The position numbers were made by a program, and so were the translations under genes. A DNA stretch of 37,408 nt from a virus (taxonomy: Duplodnaviria > Caudoviricetes): positions 1-37,408 of the IMG/VR virus record IMGVR_UViG_3300037424_003033, one strand, 5' to 3'. A model generated the notes under the pieces. It ran no database searches. It worked only from the letters and a program-made list of their open reading frames with translations, and was not told the DNA's origin. Of the stretch, positions 8,386 through 17,830 are shown in pieces (position 1 is the first letter of the stretch; each line of letters opens with the position of its first letter).

Positions 8386-8612
8386 AGACCGTCAACACCA
8401 TATCCCGCTGGGCGGCGTTCGTGTGGTTGTGGCGCCACGATTCCGAGGCGAGGTGGTTTTGGTTGTGGCAGTTTCTGAAAGGTCACAACCTGCGCGAGGA
8501 AGTGGCCTGTAATCTGCGCGACTTCGGCCTAACCAAAGGTGACGGGCTGCCGCTCGGCCGCAACCGGCTGCGCATCCGCTTCACGGTCAGCAAGGAGTCC
8601 GTATGCAACTGA
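8382..8612 (+). CDS. Hypothetical protein (76 aa, Trp-rich)
   Basis: ATGA overlap with gemA and GGAGG SD; fills the gap to the next gene. Confidence 0.55.
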   Translation: MKTVNTISRWAAFVWLWRHDSEARWFWLWQFLKGHNLREEVACNLRDFGLTKGDGLPLGRNRLRIRFTVSKESVCN

Positions 8613-9058
8613 CCTGCCCCCGCTGCGCCGAGCGCTTCTCCCTGGAGTCCGCCGTCGAGGACGAGAGCGGCCGCGCCCTGATGGCGCTGCTGGGCCGGGT
8701 GGGTGTGCTGTCGCGGGAGCTGGTGGCCTATCTCGGCCTGTTCCGTCCGCGCACCCAGGCGCTGCGCTGGTCCCGCGCCCTGGCGCTGGCCGAGGAGGTG
8801 GAGGCGCTGGCCGCCCAGCACGGCGAGGCGGTGATCGCCCAGGCCATCCGCGAGACGGTGGAGGCGATGCGCCCGAAGATGGGCGAGGGCTGGAAGCCGC
8901 TCAAGAACCACAACTACCTGCTGCGGGTGCTGGAGTCGGTGGCGGCCCGTGGTCAGGCGCTGGCCGAAGTCGCACCCGTAAACGGCCATCAAGGCGACCT
9001 TAAACCCCGCTCCAAGACGGCGCTGGCGATGCTGGCGCTCCAGGAGGGCGGAGAATGA
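8603..9058 (+). CDS. Conserved phage protein with N-terminal CPxC
   Basis: AAGGAG SD; MQLTCPRC, YLGLFRP, PLKNHNYL motifs seen in Mu-like prophages. Confidence 0.8.
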   Translation: MQLTCPRCAERFSLESAVEDESGRALMALLGRVGVLSRELVAYLGLFRPRTQALRWSRALALAEEVEALAAQHGEAVIAQAIRETVEAMRPKMGEGWKPLKNHNYLLRVLESVAARGQALAEVAPVNGHQGDLKPRSKTALAMLALQEGGE

Positions 9059-9420
9059 GCGGCGCGCCGAAGTGGTTCCGGGTGGCTATCGCCGACGGGC
9101 TCACCCGCCTGATCGCCCTCTCCCTGCCCGGCACCCCCTCGCACGAGACTATCGCCCTGACCAAGGAGGCGTGGATCGAGTCGCTGTTCGAGGGGCGCGC
9201 CTGGGTGGAGGATGACGCCGGGCGCATCGCCGCCGGCTTTCGCTCCCTTGCCCGCAAGGTGGATCGCTGGCCGCCGCCCAAGCTGCTGCTGGAGCACCTG
9301 CCGGCCCGCCCCGAGCGCAAGAAGCTGGAGGCGCCCAAACCCTCCCCCGAGGAGCGCGAGCGCAACCGCCAGCGCGTGCGGTCCATGCTGCGCGACGCCA
9401 TGAAAGGGGTGCGTCGATGA
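9055..9420 (+). CDS. Conserved hypothetical phage protein
   Basis: ATGA overlap; LIALSLPGTP...RWPPPK motif. Confidence 0.75.
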   Translation: MSGAPKWFRVAIADGLTRLIALSLPGTPSHETIALTKEAWIESLFEGRAWVEDDAGRIAAGFRSLARKVDRWPPPKLLLEHLPARPERKKLEAPKPSPEERERNRQRVRSMLRDAMKGVRR

Positions 9421-9848
9421 TGTACGCGCCCGGCGCCATCCCCGAGCATCATCTGCCGGCTTCCGTGCGGGAGCTGGTGGAGGTGATCGGGCTGGCCGCC
9501 GCCCTGGCCATCGTGGAGGCCAGGGGCGGGGTGCGGCTGTCCGTACCCACCAAGGCGACTGCCGATCATTGGCTGGTGGAGGTGATCGGGCTCCCGGCGC
9601 TGGAGCAGCTGGTGGCCGTCTATGCGGGCGAGGAGCTGGAGATCGCCCGCTGCGCCGCCGCCCTGCGCACCCTCCAGGAGCGGCGCATCGTCGCCGAGTT
9701 CGAGAGCGGCGCCAGCAACGCCGAGCTGGCCCGCAAGTACCAGTACACCGAGCGCGGCATCCGCAAGCTGCGCCGCCGCGTCGAGGGCGAGATCCGGGGC
9801 GAAACCGCCCAGGGCTCGCTGTTTGCGTTCGACTCGCCCAGCGAGTAA
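9417..9848 (+). CDS. Mor/C-family late transcription activator
   Basis: LPASVRELVEVIG...GGVRLSVP, C-terminal HTH NAELARKYQYTERGIRKL; last gene before the lysis cassette. Confidence 0.88.
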   Translation: MMYAPGAIPEHHLPASVRELVEVIGLAAALAIVEARGGVRLSVPTKATADHWLVEVIGLPALEQLVAVYAGEELEIARCAAALRTLQERRIVAEFESGASNAELARKYQYTERGIRKLRRRVEGEIRGETAQGSLFAFDSPSE

Positions 9849-9879
9849 TCTGCACCCGCCATCTCCGCCCAAAAGGGCG

Positions 9880-9935
9880 CCCCGGAACACGTTCCCCCGT
9901 CACCCTCTCCCGGCTCCCGCCTAGCATGGCGGACC
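9880..9935 (+). promoter_or_regulatory. Late promoter 1 (Plys-like) with activator dyad GGAAC-N2-GTTCC and -10 TAGCAT
   Basis: 24-mer 9880-9903 is 23/24 identical to 17775-17798; same 18-nt spacing to the -10 and 8 nt from -10 to ATG. Confidence 0.75.
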
Positions 9936-10454
9936 ATGAGCCGAGTACAGCTATCCCGCAATTTCTATCTGGACGAGTTCACCCGCTCGCAGACCGCTGC
10001 GCGCCACGGCATCGACGTGGCCGTCATCGAGGGCGGGGTGATCTACTCCAACCTGCGCCGCCTCTGCCTGCATGTGCTCCAGCCGCTGCGTGATGCGCTC
10101 GGCCCCGTGCATGTCACCTCCGGCTATCGCCCGCCCAAGCTCAACCGCCTGATCGGCGGCTCCTCCACCTCCCAGCACCAGTACGGCCAGGCCGCCGACA
10201 TCGTGGTCAGTGGCCACAGCCCGCTGGAGGTGGCGCGCTGGCTGCGCGACCACGGCAAGGCCTACGACCAGCTGATCCATGAGTTCGGCGAATGGGTGCA
10301 TGTGTCGGTGCCGGGTTCGGGCAAGTCGCCGCGCAACGAGCGGCTGACGGCGGTCAAGGTGCCGCGCCTCATTGGCAAGCCGCGCACCGTGTACGTGCCG
10401 GGCCTCTATACCGTGGACGCCGCGCTCGCCCAGCTCGGGCGGGACGTGGCCTGA
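9936..10454 (+). CDS. Endolysin, peptidase M15 family
   Basis: LSRNFYLDEF, VTSGYR, SQHQYGQAAD, WVHVS zinc-peptidase motifs. Confidence 0.9.
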   Translation: MSRVQLSRNFYLDEFTRSQTAARHGIDVAVIEGGVIYSNLRRLCLHVLQPLRDALGPVHVTSGYRPPKLNRLIGGSSTSQHQYGQAADIVVSGHSPLEVARWLRDHGKAYDQLIHEFGEWVHVSVPGSGKSPRNERLTAVKVPRLIGKPRTVYVPGLYTVDAALAQLGRDVA

Positions 10455-10469
10455 AAAGGAGCAAGACCG

Positions 10470-10697
10470 ATGCTGATGCTCAAAGACAGCCGGGGCAATC
10501 CCTCCATTACCCTGACCTTCGTCACCGTCTCCCTGGTGGTGGTGGTGGTCAAGTTCGCCCTGGCCGGGCTGACCCTGCCGGGGTTGGGCGAGGTGCCCGC
10601 CATGAGCGGGGTGGACTTCGCCGCCGCGGCCGGTGCCGTGCTCGGCATCTGGTGGGGGCGGGAGAAGACCGAAAAGGAGGCCCAGCGTGCTGACTAA
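10470..10697 (+). CDS. Putative holin (two hydrophobic segments)
   Basis: 75 aa, two TM-like stretches, charged C-tail, inside the lysis cassette; AAGGAG SD. Confidence 0.65.
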   Translation: MLMLKDSRGNPSITLTFVTVSLVVVVVKFALAGLTLPGLGEVPAMSGVDFAAAAGAVLGIWWGREKTEKEAQRAD

Positions 10698-10944
10698 GCT
10701 GCTCGGGCTGCTGGCGCTGATCGGGGGCGGCCTGGCCGCCCTCTTCCGCGCCCAATCGAAACAGCACCAGGCCGAGGCGTCCCGCCAGCGCGAGCGCGCC
10801 GAGCAGGCCGATGCTGTGGCCGACACCCACCGCCAGGCGCAGCGGGAGTTGGCCGAGGTGCAGGAAACCCACCGCGAGGAGAAGAAGGATGCGCAAGAGC
10901 GCCTGGCCGCTGGCCGTCGCGATCACCTTGACGGCGATTGGTAG
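10687..10944 (+). CDS. Putative i-spanin (Rz-like)
   Basis: GTG 10687 after AAGGAGG; N-terminal TM LLGLLALIGGGLAALF then coiled coil. Confidence 0.7.
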   Translation: MLTKLLGLLALIGGGLAALFRAQSKQHQAEASRQRERAEQADAVADTHRQAQRELAEVQETHREEKKDAQERLAAGRRDHLDGDW

Positions 10945-11170
10945 CCTCGCCGGCTGCGCCAGCCAGCCCGAGGTCCGCTATGTCACCGAGCCGCTGCCGC
11001 TGCCGGCCCGCCCGGTGCTGCCGCGCTTGAGCGCCGAGGATGTGGCCTGTCTGTCCGAGGATGCCTACCGCCGTCTGGTGGAGCGCGACATGGGGCGGCG
11101 CCACTACGCCGAGGAGCTGGAGGCCGTGATCCGCTCGACCCACACGGAGGATGAGCAGGGTGGCCGATGA
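10889..11170 (+). CDS. Putative o-spanin lipoprotein (Rz1-like)
   Basis: Signal peptide with lipobox LAGC, Pro-rich segment, overlaps the i-spanin 3' end. Confidence 0.75.
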   Translation: MRKSAWPLAVAITLTAIGSLAGCASQPEVRYVTEPLPLPARPVLPRLSAEDVACLSEDAYRRLVERDMGRRHYAEELEAVIRSTHTEDEQGGR

Positions 11171-11375
11171 CGCTGACCGCGCCGGGGAGCGCATCGAGCG
11201 CTTCGACCGTGACGCCCTGGCCGCGCAACTGGAGCGCGGCCGGCGCCGGTTTACGCCTTACATGCTCGACGGTGAGCCGCATTGCCCGGACTGCCTGGAG
11301 CCACTACCACAGCACCGCCAGGAGGCCGGGATCTGCGTGCCCTGCCTGGAGTTGAGAGAGAAGCGAGGGGGATAA
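11151..11375 (+). CDS. TraR/DksA C4-type zinc finger protein
   Basis: DDADRA acidic motif and CPDC...CVPC. Confidence 0.8.
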   Translation: MSRVADDADRAGERIERFDRDALAAQLERGRRRFTPYMLDGEPHCPDCLEPLPQHRQEAGICVPCLELREKRGG

Positions 11376-11726
11376 ATGGACATTGATTACGGCGCCTGGC
11401 GCTTCTGGTGGGACTTCGCGCAGACCCTGATCCTGGCGGCCATCGGCATCTACACCTGGCTGGTCAACCGCACCCGCGTGAACTCGGCCCGCATCCGCGA
11501 GCTGGAAACCGACATCGACGGGCGGCTGGACAAACACGACGAGCGCCTGACGCGGGTCGAGGAGATGATCAAGCACGGCCCCACCCATACCGACCTGAAG
11601 CGCATCCACCAGCGCATGGACGAGGCGGCCACGGCCATCTCCAGCCTGGCCGGCGAGTTCAAGGGGGTGAAGGGCACGCTGGATCTGATTCATCAGTACC
11701 TGCTCAACGAGGGGAAACGCCGATGA
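11376..11726 (+). CDS. Mu gp25-like (DUF2730) membrane-anchored protein
   Basis: N-terminal TM, coiled coil, terminal YLLN; position. Confidence 0.75.
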   Translation: MDIDYGAWRFWWDFAQTLILAAIGIYTWLVNRTRVNSARIRELETDIDGRLDKHDERLTRVEEMIKHGPTHTDLKRIHQRMDEAATAISSLAGEFKGVKGTLDLIHQYLLNEGKRR

Positions 11727-12019
11727 GCTTTGAGAGCTTCGAGACCGAACACCAGCGCCTGGTGGTGCTCCAGGTGCTGGAAGAGGACGCCGACTACGCC
11801 AAGAACGAAACCGTGCTGCAGGCCGCGCTTTCGGCCCTGGGCCACGGCATCAGTGGCGACCGCCTGCGCACCGAGCTGGCGTGGCTGTCCGAGCAAGGGC
11901 TGGTGGTCGTCGAGGCGGTGGCCGGCATGCAGGTGGCCAAGCTCACCCGCCGGGGCGAGGACGTAGCCCTGGGCCGCTCCCGCGTGCCGGGCGTGGCGCG
12001 GCCGCGGCCGGGGGTGTGA
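11723..12019 (+). CDS. Mu gp26-like protein
   Basis: RLVVLQVL, ELAWLSEQGLV, LTRRGEDVA...VPGVARPRP signature; ATGA overlap. Confidence 0.85.
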   Translation: MSFESFETEHQRLVVLQVLEEDADYAKNETVLQAALSALGHGISGDRLRTELAWLSEQGLVVVEAVAGMQVAKLTRRGEDVALGRSRVPGVARPRPGV

Positions 12020-12150
12020 CGGTGCTGGTGCGCCCCGACCATCGCGCCGCGCTGCGCACCGTGTTCCTGTTTCTGGGCGGCACGCTTGGGGCGATGGAGG
12101 CGGTGGAGCGGCTGGACGACCGCATAGCCGAACGCGAGGAGGTCCGATGA
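12016..12150 (+). CDS. Small hypothetical protein (44 aa)
   Basis: GTGA overlap upstream and ATGA overlap downstream. Confidence 0.4.
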   Translation: MTVLVRPDHRAALRTVFLFLGGTLGAMEAVERLDDRIAEREEVR

Positions 12151-12314
12151 TGCGGGAAAGGTTTCAGCAGTTATGGAAGAGCTGGGGCAGGCCGGTGACG
12201 TTTGCGCTCCTGCTCTGTTCGTCCGCCTTCCTGGCGGGTTTTTGGTTTACCAAGGGCGCCACTGCTGCGGGCGGCCTGGTGACCATCACCGTGACCTATC
12301 AGGACCAGGAGTAA
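12147..12314 (+). CDS. Small membrane protein (55 aa, MMRERFQQLWKSWGRPVTFALLL...)
   Basis: Translated by hand (below the track cutoff); GAGGAGG SD, one hydrophobic segment, stop 3 nt before the next ATG. Confidence 0.55.
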   Translation: MMRERFQQLWKSWGRPVTFALLLCSSAFLAGFWFTKGATAAGGLVTITVTYQDQE

Positions 12315-12317
12315 CCG

Positions 12318-12902
12318 ATGCCCCGCCCCAGCAAAATCGACCAGCTGCCGGATGAGGTGCGCGATGCCCTGAACGGCTGGCTGCGCGACCCGGCCATCAC
12401 CCAGGAGGAGGCGACCGAGCGCACCAACCAGCTGCTGGAGGCCGTCGGTCACCCTGAGCGGGTGAGCAAGTCCGGGGTGAACCGTTACTCCCTGCGCATG
12501 GAGCAGGTGGGCGAGCGGCTGCGCCAGTCCCGCCAGGTGGCGGAGATGTGGATCGGCAAGCTGGGCGCGGTGCCCCAGGGCCAGATGGGTCACCTTATCA
12601 ACGAGATCCTGCGCACCCTCGCGTTCGATATGTCGATGCAGCTACAGGACGACGCGGTGGCCGCCATCGACCCCGAGGAGCGGGCCGGGGTGATCTCCAT
12701 GCTCAAGGAGCTGTCGCTGTCCGTGATGCGTCTGGAGCGGGCCGCCTCGGAGAACGTCAAGCGCGAGGAGGAGATCCGCAAGCAGGAGCGGGCCAAGGCA
12801 GCCGAGGAGGCGGCCAGCGCCGCCGAGCGCACCCTGGCCAGCCAGGGCATGAGCCGGGCATCCATCGACACCATCAAACGCGAGATCCTGGGGATTGCAT
12901 GA
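12318..12902 (+). CDS. Mu gp27-like (DUF3486) putative small terminase
   Basis: MPRPSKIDQLP, VSKSGVNRY, IKREILGIA; directly before the large terminase. Confidence 0.88.
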   Translation: MPRPSKIDQLPDEVRDALNGWLRDPAITQEEATERTNQLLEAVGHPERVSKSGVNRYSLRMEQVGERLRQSRQVAEMWIGKLGAVPQGQMGHLINEILRTLAFDMSMQLQDDAVAAIDPEERAGVISMLKELSLSVMRLERAASENVKREEEIRKQERAKAAEEAASAAERTLASQGMSRASIDTIKREILGIA

Positions 12903-14422
12903 GTGCCAGTGCCGCCGAGCTGCCCGAGTCCGTCCTGCTGCCGTATCAACAGCGCTGGGTTGCCGATGATGCGCAGCTGAAGATTGCCGAGAAGTCGCGC
13001 CGGACGGGTCTCACCTGGGCCGAGGCGGCCGACGCGGTGCTGACCGCCAGCGCCGCCAAGAGCGCGGGCGGGACCAACCACTATTACGTGGGCTCCAACA
13101 AGGAGATGGCCATCGAGTTCATCGAGGCCTGCGCCATGTGGGCCAAGGCCTTCAACCGGGCCGCCAGCGCCATCGAGGAGGAGATCCTGGCCGACGAGGA
13201 TAAAGACATCCTCACCTTCAACATTCGCTTTTCCTCCGGCTTCAAGATCCAGGCGCTCAGCTCCCGCCCCTCCAACCTGCGCGGCCGCCAGGGCAATGTG
13301 ACCATCGACGAGGCGGCCTTTCATGAGCAGCTGGCCGAGGTGTTGAAGGCTGCGCTGGCGCTCACGATGTGGGGCGCCAAGGTGCGTTTAATCAGCACTC
13401 ACAACGGCGTTGAAAACCTGTTTAACGAGATCATCGAAGACAGCCGCGCCGGCCGTAAGCGCTACAGCGTCCACCGCATCACCCTGGACGACGCCTGCGA
13501 GGATGGGCTCTATCAACGCATCTGCCAGGTGCGCGGGCTGGAGTGGACCCAGGCGGCCGAGGACCAGTGGAAGGCCAACCTGCTGCGCGACACCGCCACC
13601 CGCGAGGACGCGCTGGAGGAATACTACTGTGTGCCCAAGTCTGGCGGCGGCGCCTATCTCTCCCGCGCCCTCATCGAGGCGCGCATGGTCGAGGCCCCGG
13701 TGCTGCGCTTCGAGGGGTCCGCCGATTTCAACGCCTGGCCGGAGCATCTGCGCGAGGCCGAGGTGCGCGACTGGTGCGAGCAGGAGCTGCGTCCGCTGCT
13801 GGAGCGGCTGGACCCGGCCCTGCCTCATGCCTTCGGCGAGGACTTCGGGCGCTCCGGCGACCTGACCGTGATCGCCCCGGTGGCGCTGGGGCAGGACCTG
13901 CGCCGCCGCTTCCCGTTCCTGGTCGAGCTGCGCAATGTGCCGTTCAAGCAGCAGGAGCAGGTGCTGAACTACATCGCCGACCGGTTGCCGCGCCTGATGG
14001 CCGGCGCCCTGGACGCCCGCGGCAACGGCCAGTACCTGGCCGAGCAGACCGGCTACCGCTACGGCGCCGGGCGCATCGAGGCGGTGATGCTCTCCCAGTC
14101 CTGGTACCTGGAGAACATGCCCAAGCTCAAGGCCGCCTTCGAGGATGACCGCCTGAGTCTGCCGCGTGACCTGGACGTGATGAACGACCTGCGCGCCATT
14201 CAGGTGATCAAGGGCATCCCCAAGCTGCCGGACGCCAAGACCGGCGACAACAAGAACCGCCACGGCGACGCGGCCGTGGCCATCGCCCTGGCCTACTACG
14301 CCTCCACGATGGACGTGGAGGTGTTCGGCTACCACGCGGTGCCCAATCGCCATGACCCGAGCGCCGACCGGCTGCCGCGGCGGGTGCGCACCACCGGCGG
14401 CTTTAAGCGAGGTGTTATCTGA
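12899..14422 (+). CDS. Terminase large subunit (Mu gp28-like)
   Basis: LLPYQQRW, EKSRRTGLTW, IDEAAFH Walker B, GEDFGRSGD and RHGDAAVA nuclease motifs; ATG 12899. Confidence 0.93.
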   Translation: MSASAAELPESVLLPYQQRWVADDAQLKIAEKSRRTGLTWAEAADAVLTASAAKSAGGTNHYYVGSNKEMAIEFIEACAMWAKAFNRAASAIEEEILADEDKDILTFNIRFSSGFKIQALSSRPSNLRGRQGNVTIDEAAFHEQLAEVLKAALALTMWGAKVRLISTHNGVENLFNEIIEDSRAGRKRYSVHRITLDDACEDGLYQRICQVRGLEWTQAAEDQWKANLLRDTATREDALEEYYCVPKSGGGAYLSRALIEARMVEAPVLRFEGSADFNAWPEHLREAEVRDWCEQELRPLLERLDPALPHAFGEDFGRSGDLTVIAPVALGQDLRRRFPFLVELRNVPFKQQEQVLNYIADRLPRLMAGALDARGNGQYLAEQTGYRYGAGRIEAVMLSQSWYLENMPKLKAAFEDDRLSLPRDLDVMNDLRAIQVIKGIPKLPDAKTGDNKNRHGDAAVAIALAYYASTMDVEVFGYHAVPNRHDPSADRLPRRVRTTGGFKRGVI

Positions 14423-15999
14423 TGGACGAGATCCGAATCCTGGGGCCGGACGGGCGCCCCATTCAAAAGAAAGAGCTGACCCGCGAGGTGGCCCGCGCCT
14501 CCCTCACCGGCGTGCGCCAGGTGTGGAATGCCGAGTCGATGGTCTCGGGCCTGACTCCTGACCGCCTGGCGATGCTGCTCCAGTCCGCCGCCGAGGGCGA
14601 TCACCGCGACTACCTGACCCTGGCCGAGGAGATGGAGGAGCGCGACCTGCACTATGCCTCCGTGCTCGGCACCCGCAAGCGGGCCATCTCCGGCCTGGAG
14701 CCGACCGTCGAGGCGGCCGCCGAGGATGCCCAGGCGGTGAAACTGGCCGACGCGGTGCGCGAGCTGGCGCGCCGACCGGAGTTCGGCGAGATGGTGGACG
14801 ACTGCCTGGACGCCCTGGGCAAGGGCTACAGCGCCGTGGAGATCCTGTGGGACCGCAGCGGCCGCCAGTGGTGGCCGGAGCGCTATGTCTGGCGCGACCC
14901 GCGCTTCTTCCTGTTCGACCGCGAGGACGGCCACACCCTGCGCCTGCTGGACGAGGCCGACGCCTTCAATGGGCTGCCCCTGCCACCCTACAAGTTCCTG
15001 GTGCATGTGCCGCGGCTCAAGTCCGGCCTGCCGGTGCGCGGCGGGCTGGCCCGCCTGGTGGCCATCGCCTACATGTGCAAGGCCTACAGCATCACCGACT
15101 GGGTGGCCTTCGCCGAGGTGTTCGGCATGCCGCTGCGCTTGGGCCGCTACGGGCCGAGTGCGAGCGAGACCGACATCCAGACCCTGATCAGCGCCGTGGC
15201 CAACCTGGGCACCGATGCCGCCGCCGTGCTGCCGGACTCCATGCGGATCGACTTCCAGGAGGCGGGCAACCGCTCCGACGGGGCGGACCTGTTCGAGCGC
15301 CTGGCCACCTTCCTGGACAAGCAGATCAGCAAGGCGGTGCTGGGCCAGACCGCCACCACCGAAGGTACTCCCGGCAAGCTCGGCAACGAGGACGCCCAGG
15401 ACGAGGTGCGCCAGGACATCCTCAAGGCCGACGCCCGCCAGCTGGAGAACACCCTCAACCGCGACCTGGTGCGCCCGTTCATCGACCTGAACTTCGGCCC
15501 CCAGGCGGTCTATCCGCGCCTGCGCCTGCCGGTCTCCGAGCCCGAGGATCTGGCCGCCCTGGTCGATGCACTGGACAAGCTGGTGCCGCGAGGGCTCAAG
15601 GTGGAGCAGTCGGTGGTGCGCGACAAGCTGGGCCTGCCGGACCCGGACGAAAGCGCCGACCTGCTGTTGCCGGCGCCAGCCGCCACCGACCCAGCCATGA
15701 ATCGCGAACACAAACCCGGCTGCAGCTGCTGCCGCGACACAGCGGTCAACCGGGAGACCGACCCGGTAACCGATGCCCTGGACGAGCTGGAGGCCGAGGG
15801 CCTGGCGGAGTGGGAGGAGCAGCTCGCGCCCATCTTCGACCCGGTGCGCCGCCTGGCCGAGGAGGCCGAGAGCTTCGATGAGTTCCTGGCCGGCCTGCCG
15901 GGGCTGCGCGAGGAGATGGACAGCGAGGAGCTGGTCAAGCGCCTGGCGCTCGCCACCTTCAAGGCCCGCGGCATGGGGGATGCCACCGATGAGGGGTAA
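14422..15999 (+). CDS. Portal protein (Mu gp29, DUF935)
   Basis: EEMEERDLHY, FAEVFGMPLRLGRY, ISKAVLGQT motifs. Confidence 0.92.
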   Translation: MDEIRILGPDGRPIQKKELTREVARASLTGVRQVWNAESMVSGLTPDRLAMLLQSAAEGDHRDYLTLAEEMEERDLHYASVLGTRKRAISGLEPTVEAAAEDAQAVKLADAVRELARRPEFGEMVDDCLDALGKGYSAVEILWDRSGRQWWPERYVWRDPRFFLFDREDGHTLRLLDEADAFNGLPLPPYKFLVHVPRLKSGLPVRGGLARLVAIAYMCKAYSITDWVAFAEVFGMPLRLGRYGPSASETDIQTLISAVANLGTDAAAVLPDSMRIDFQEAGNRSDGADLFERLATFLDKQISKAVLGQTATTEGTPGKLGNEDAQDEVRQDILKADARQLENTLNRDLVRPFIDLNFGPQAVYPRLRLPVSEPEDLAALVDALDKLVPRGLKVEQSVVRDKLGLPDPDESADLLLPAPAATDPAMNREHKPGCSCCRDTAVNRETDPVTDALDELEAEGLAEWEEQLAPIFDPVRRLAEEAESFDEFLAGLPGLREEMDSEELVKRLALATFKARGMGDATDEG

Positions 16000-16744
16000 C
16001 CTGCCGGCGCCGCACTACCAGGACGAGGCGGCCACCCTCTACCAGGGCGAGGCCCTGGCGCTGCTGCGCGCCCTGCCGGCCAACAGCGTGGACGCCCTGA
16101 TCACCGACCCGCCCTACTCCTCGGGCGGGCAGTTCCGCGGCGACCGTACCCAGGCGACCAGCGCCAAGTATCAGAACAGCGAGGTGCGCCGGCTCTACCC
16201 GGAGTTCGCGGGCGACACCCGCGACCAGCGCGGCTACTTCGCCTGGTGGACCCTGTGGGGCACCGAGTGCCTGCGGGTGCTCAAGCCCGGCGCCCCGGTG
16301 GTGGTGTTCACCGACTGGCGCCAGTACCCGGTCACCTCCGACGCCTTCCAGGTGGCGGGCTTCATCTGGCGCGGTACCGCCGTGTGGGACAAGACCCGCG
16401 GCTGCCGTCCCGCCCTGGGGCGCTACCGCCAGCAGGCCGAGTTCCTGCTGTGGGGCTCGTCCGGGCCGATGGCGCGCAACGAGCAGGTGGGCGCCCTGCC
16501 TGGCGTGTTCACCCATGCACCCCATGCCGGCGGCAAGCACCACATTGCCGGCAAGCCGCTGCCGCTGATGGAGGAGGTGGTGGCCATCTGCCCGTCGGGC
16601 GGGGTGGTGCTGGACCCGTTCGCCGGCTCGGCCTCCACCGGGGTGGCGTGCCGACGCACCGGCCGGCGCTTTATCGGCATCGAGCTGACGCCGGAGTACT
16701 CGCTGGTGGCGGCTGCCCGGCTGGCTGCGGCAGGGGGGGGGTGA
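15989..16744 (+). CDS. Orphan N6-adenine/N4-cytosine DNA methyltransferase (beta-type motif order)
   Basis: ITDPPY catalytic motif precedes VLDPFAGSAST SAM-binding motif and FIGIEL. Confidence 0.9.
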   Translation: MRGNLPAPHYQDEAATLYQGEALALLRALPANSVDALITDPPYSSGGQFRGDRTQATSAKYQNSEVRRLYPEFAGDTRDQRGYFAWWTLWGTECLRVLKPGAPVVVFTDWRQYPVTSDAFQVAGFIWRGTAVWDKTRGCRPALGRYRQQAEFLLWGSSGPMARNEQVGALPGVFTHAPHAGGKHHIAGKPLPLMEEVVAICPSGGVVLDPFAGSASTGVACRRTGRRFIGIELTPEYSLVAAARLAAAGGG

Positions 16745-16750
16745 TCGCTT

Positions 16751-17554
16751 ATGCCGCCTGAGTTCACGCCCAAGCCCGGCTACACCTTCCCCGGCGTGGT
16801 GCCCCGCGAGGCCCTGGACTACTTCCGCGCCAAGGGCTGGCAGGTGGGCTTCTCCCATCTGGACGTGTTCCGCGAGGAGCACGCCACCGCCTTCACCGTG
16901 GCCAAGGGGATGGAGGCCGACGTGCTGCGCGACATCCGCGAGGCGGTGGACGCGGCCCTGGCCGAGGGCAAGACCTTTGCCCAGTTCAAGGCGGAGCTGC
17001 AGCCACGCCTGGAGGAGCTGGGGTGGTGGGGCCGCAAGGAGATGACCGATCCGCTGACCGGTGAGGCCCGCGAGGTGCAGCTCGGCAGCCCGCGCCGGCT
17101 CAAGACCATCTACCGGGCCAACCTGCGCACCGCCCGCGCTGCCGGCCAGTGGGACCGGGTGCAGCGCACCAAGCGGGCGCTGCCCTATCTGCTGTACAGC
17201 CTCGGCCCCAGCGAGAACCACCGCCCGCTGCATGAGTCCTGGGCCGGGCGCATCCTGCCGGTGGACGATCCGTTCTGGCAGACGCACTACCCGCCGAACG
17301 GCTGGGGTTGCAAGTGTCGGGTGCGCCAGGTGAGCGCCCGCGAGGCCGAGCGCCGCGGCGGCCCGAGCCAGGCGCCGGAGGTGACCACGCGGGAGTGGGT
17401 GAACAAGCGCACCGGCGAGGTGGTGGAGGTGCCCCGCGGTATCGACCCCGGCTGGGACACCAACCCCGGCGCCGTCGGCCGGCTCACCCAGGCCGAACGC
17501 CTCCTCGAGGACAAGGAGAAGGCGCTCGCCCGAGCGGTGGGTGATAATGCCTAA
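16751..17554 (+). CDS. Head morphogenesis protein (Mu gp30/F)
   Basis: AFTVAK, RRLKTIYRANL, DDPFWQTHYPPNGWGCKCRV, IDPGWDTNPG. Confidence 0.92.
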   Translation: MPPEFTPKPGYTFPGVVPREALDYFRAKGWQVGFSHLDVFREEHATAFTVAKGMEADVLRDIREAVDAALAEGKTFAQFKAELQPRLEELGWWGRKEMTDPLTGEAREVQLGSPRRLKTIYRANLRTARAAGQWDRVQRTKRALPYLLYSLGPSENHRPLHESWAGRILPVDDPFWQTHYPPNGWGCKCRVRQVSAREAERRGGPSQAPEVTTREWVNKRTGEVVEVPRGIDPGWDTNPGAVGRLTQAERLLEDKEKALARAVGDNA

Positions 17555-17774
17555 CAAGTCCGCCCGGCAGGGTGTCTAATTCCTAACTTCGACCCTCTAA
17601 CCGGGACTATCTCTCAGAAGCCACCAGAGGCCGCGAGAGCGGCCAACGGCTACCACGGCATCACCTAACACCCCTTAAACGTTTCTGGAGCGAATTAAAC
17701 GGGGTTGCGGCGATGATTGCCTGCCCCTGCACCCTCTGCTAGGGTTGCTCCGTCTCCTCTCCCCCGGAATCCCT

Positions 17775-17830
17775 CCCCGGAACAGGTTCCCCCGTCACTC
17801 CCCCGGCGCCGCCCCGTAAGGTGGCGTCCC
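17775..17830 (+). promoter_or_regulatory. Late promoter 2 (PI-like) with activator dyad and -10 TAAGGT
   Basis: CCCCGGAACAGGTTCCCCCGTCAC, 18 nt, TAAGGT 17817-17822, 8 nt, ATG 17831; mirrors 9880-9938. Confidence 0.75.

Noticed and set aside
16733-16741. G9 tract at the end of the methyltransferase as a phase-variation switch
   Set aside because: It encodes the last three residues, so slippage would not remove catalytic motifs; gpF is in the same frame, so a shift gives no fusion
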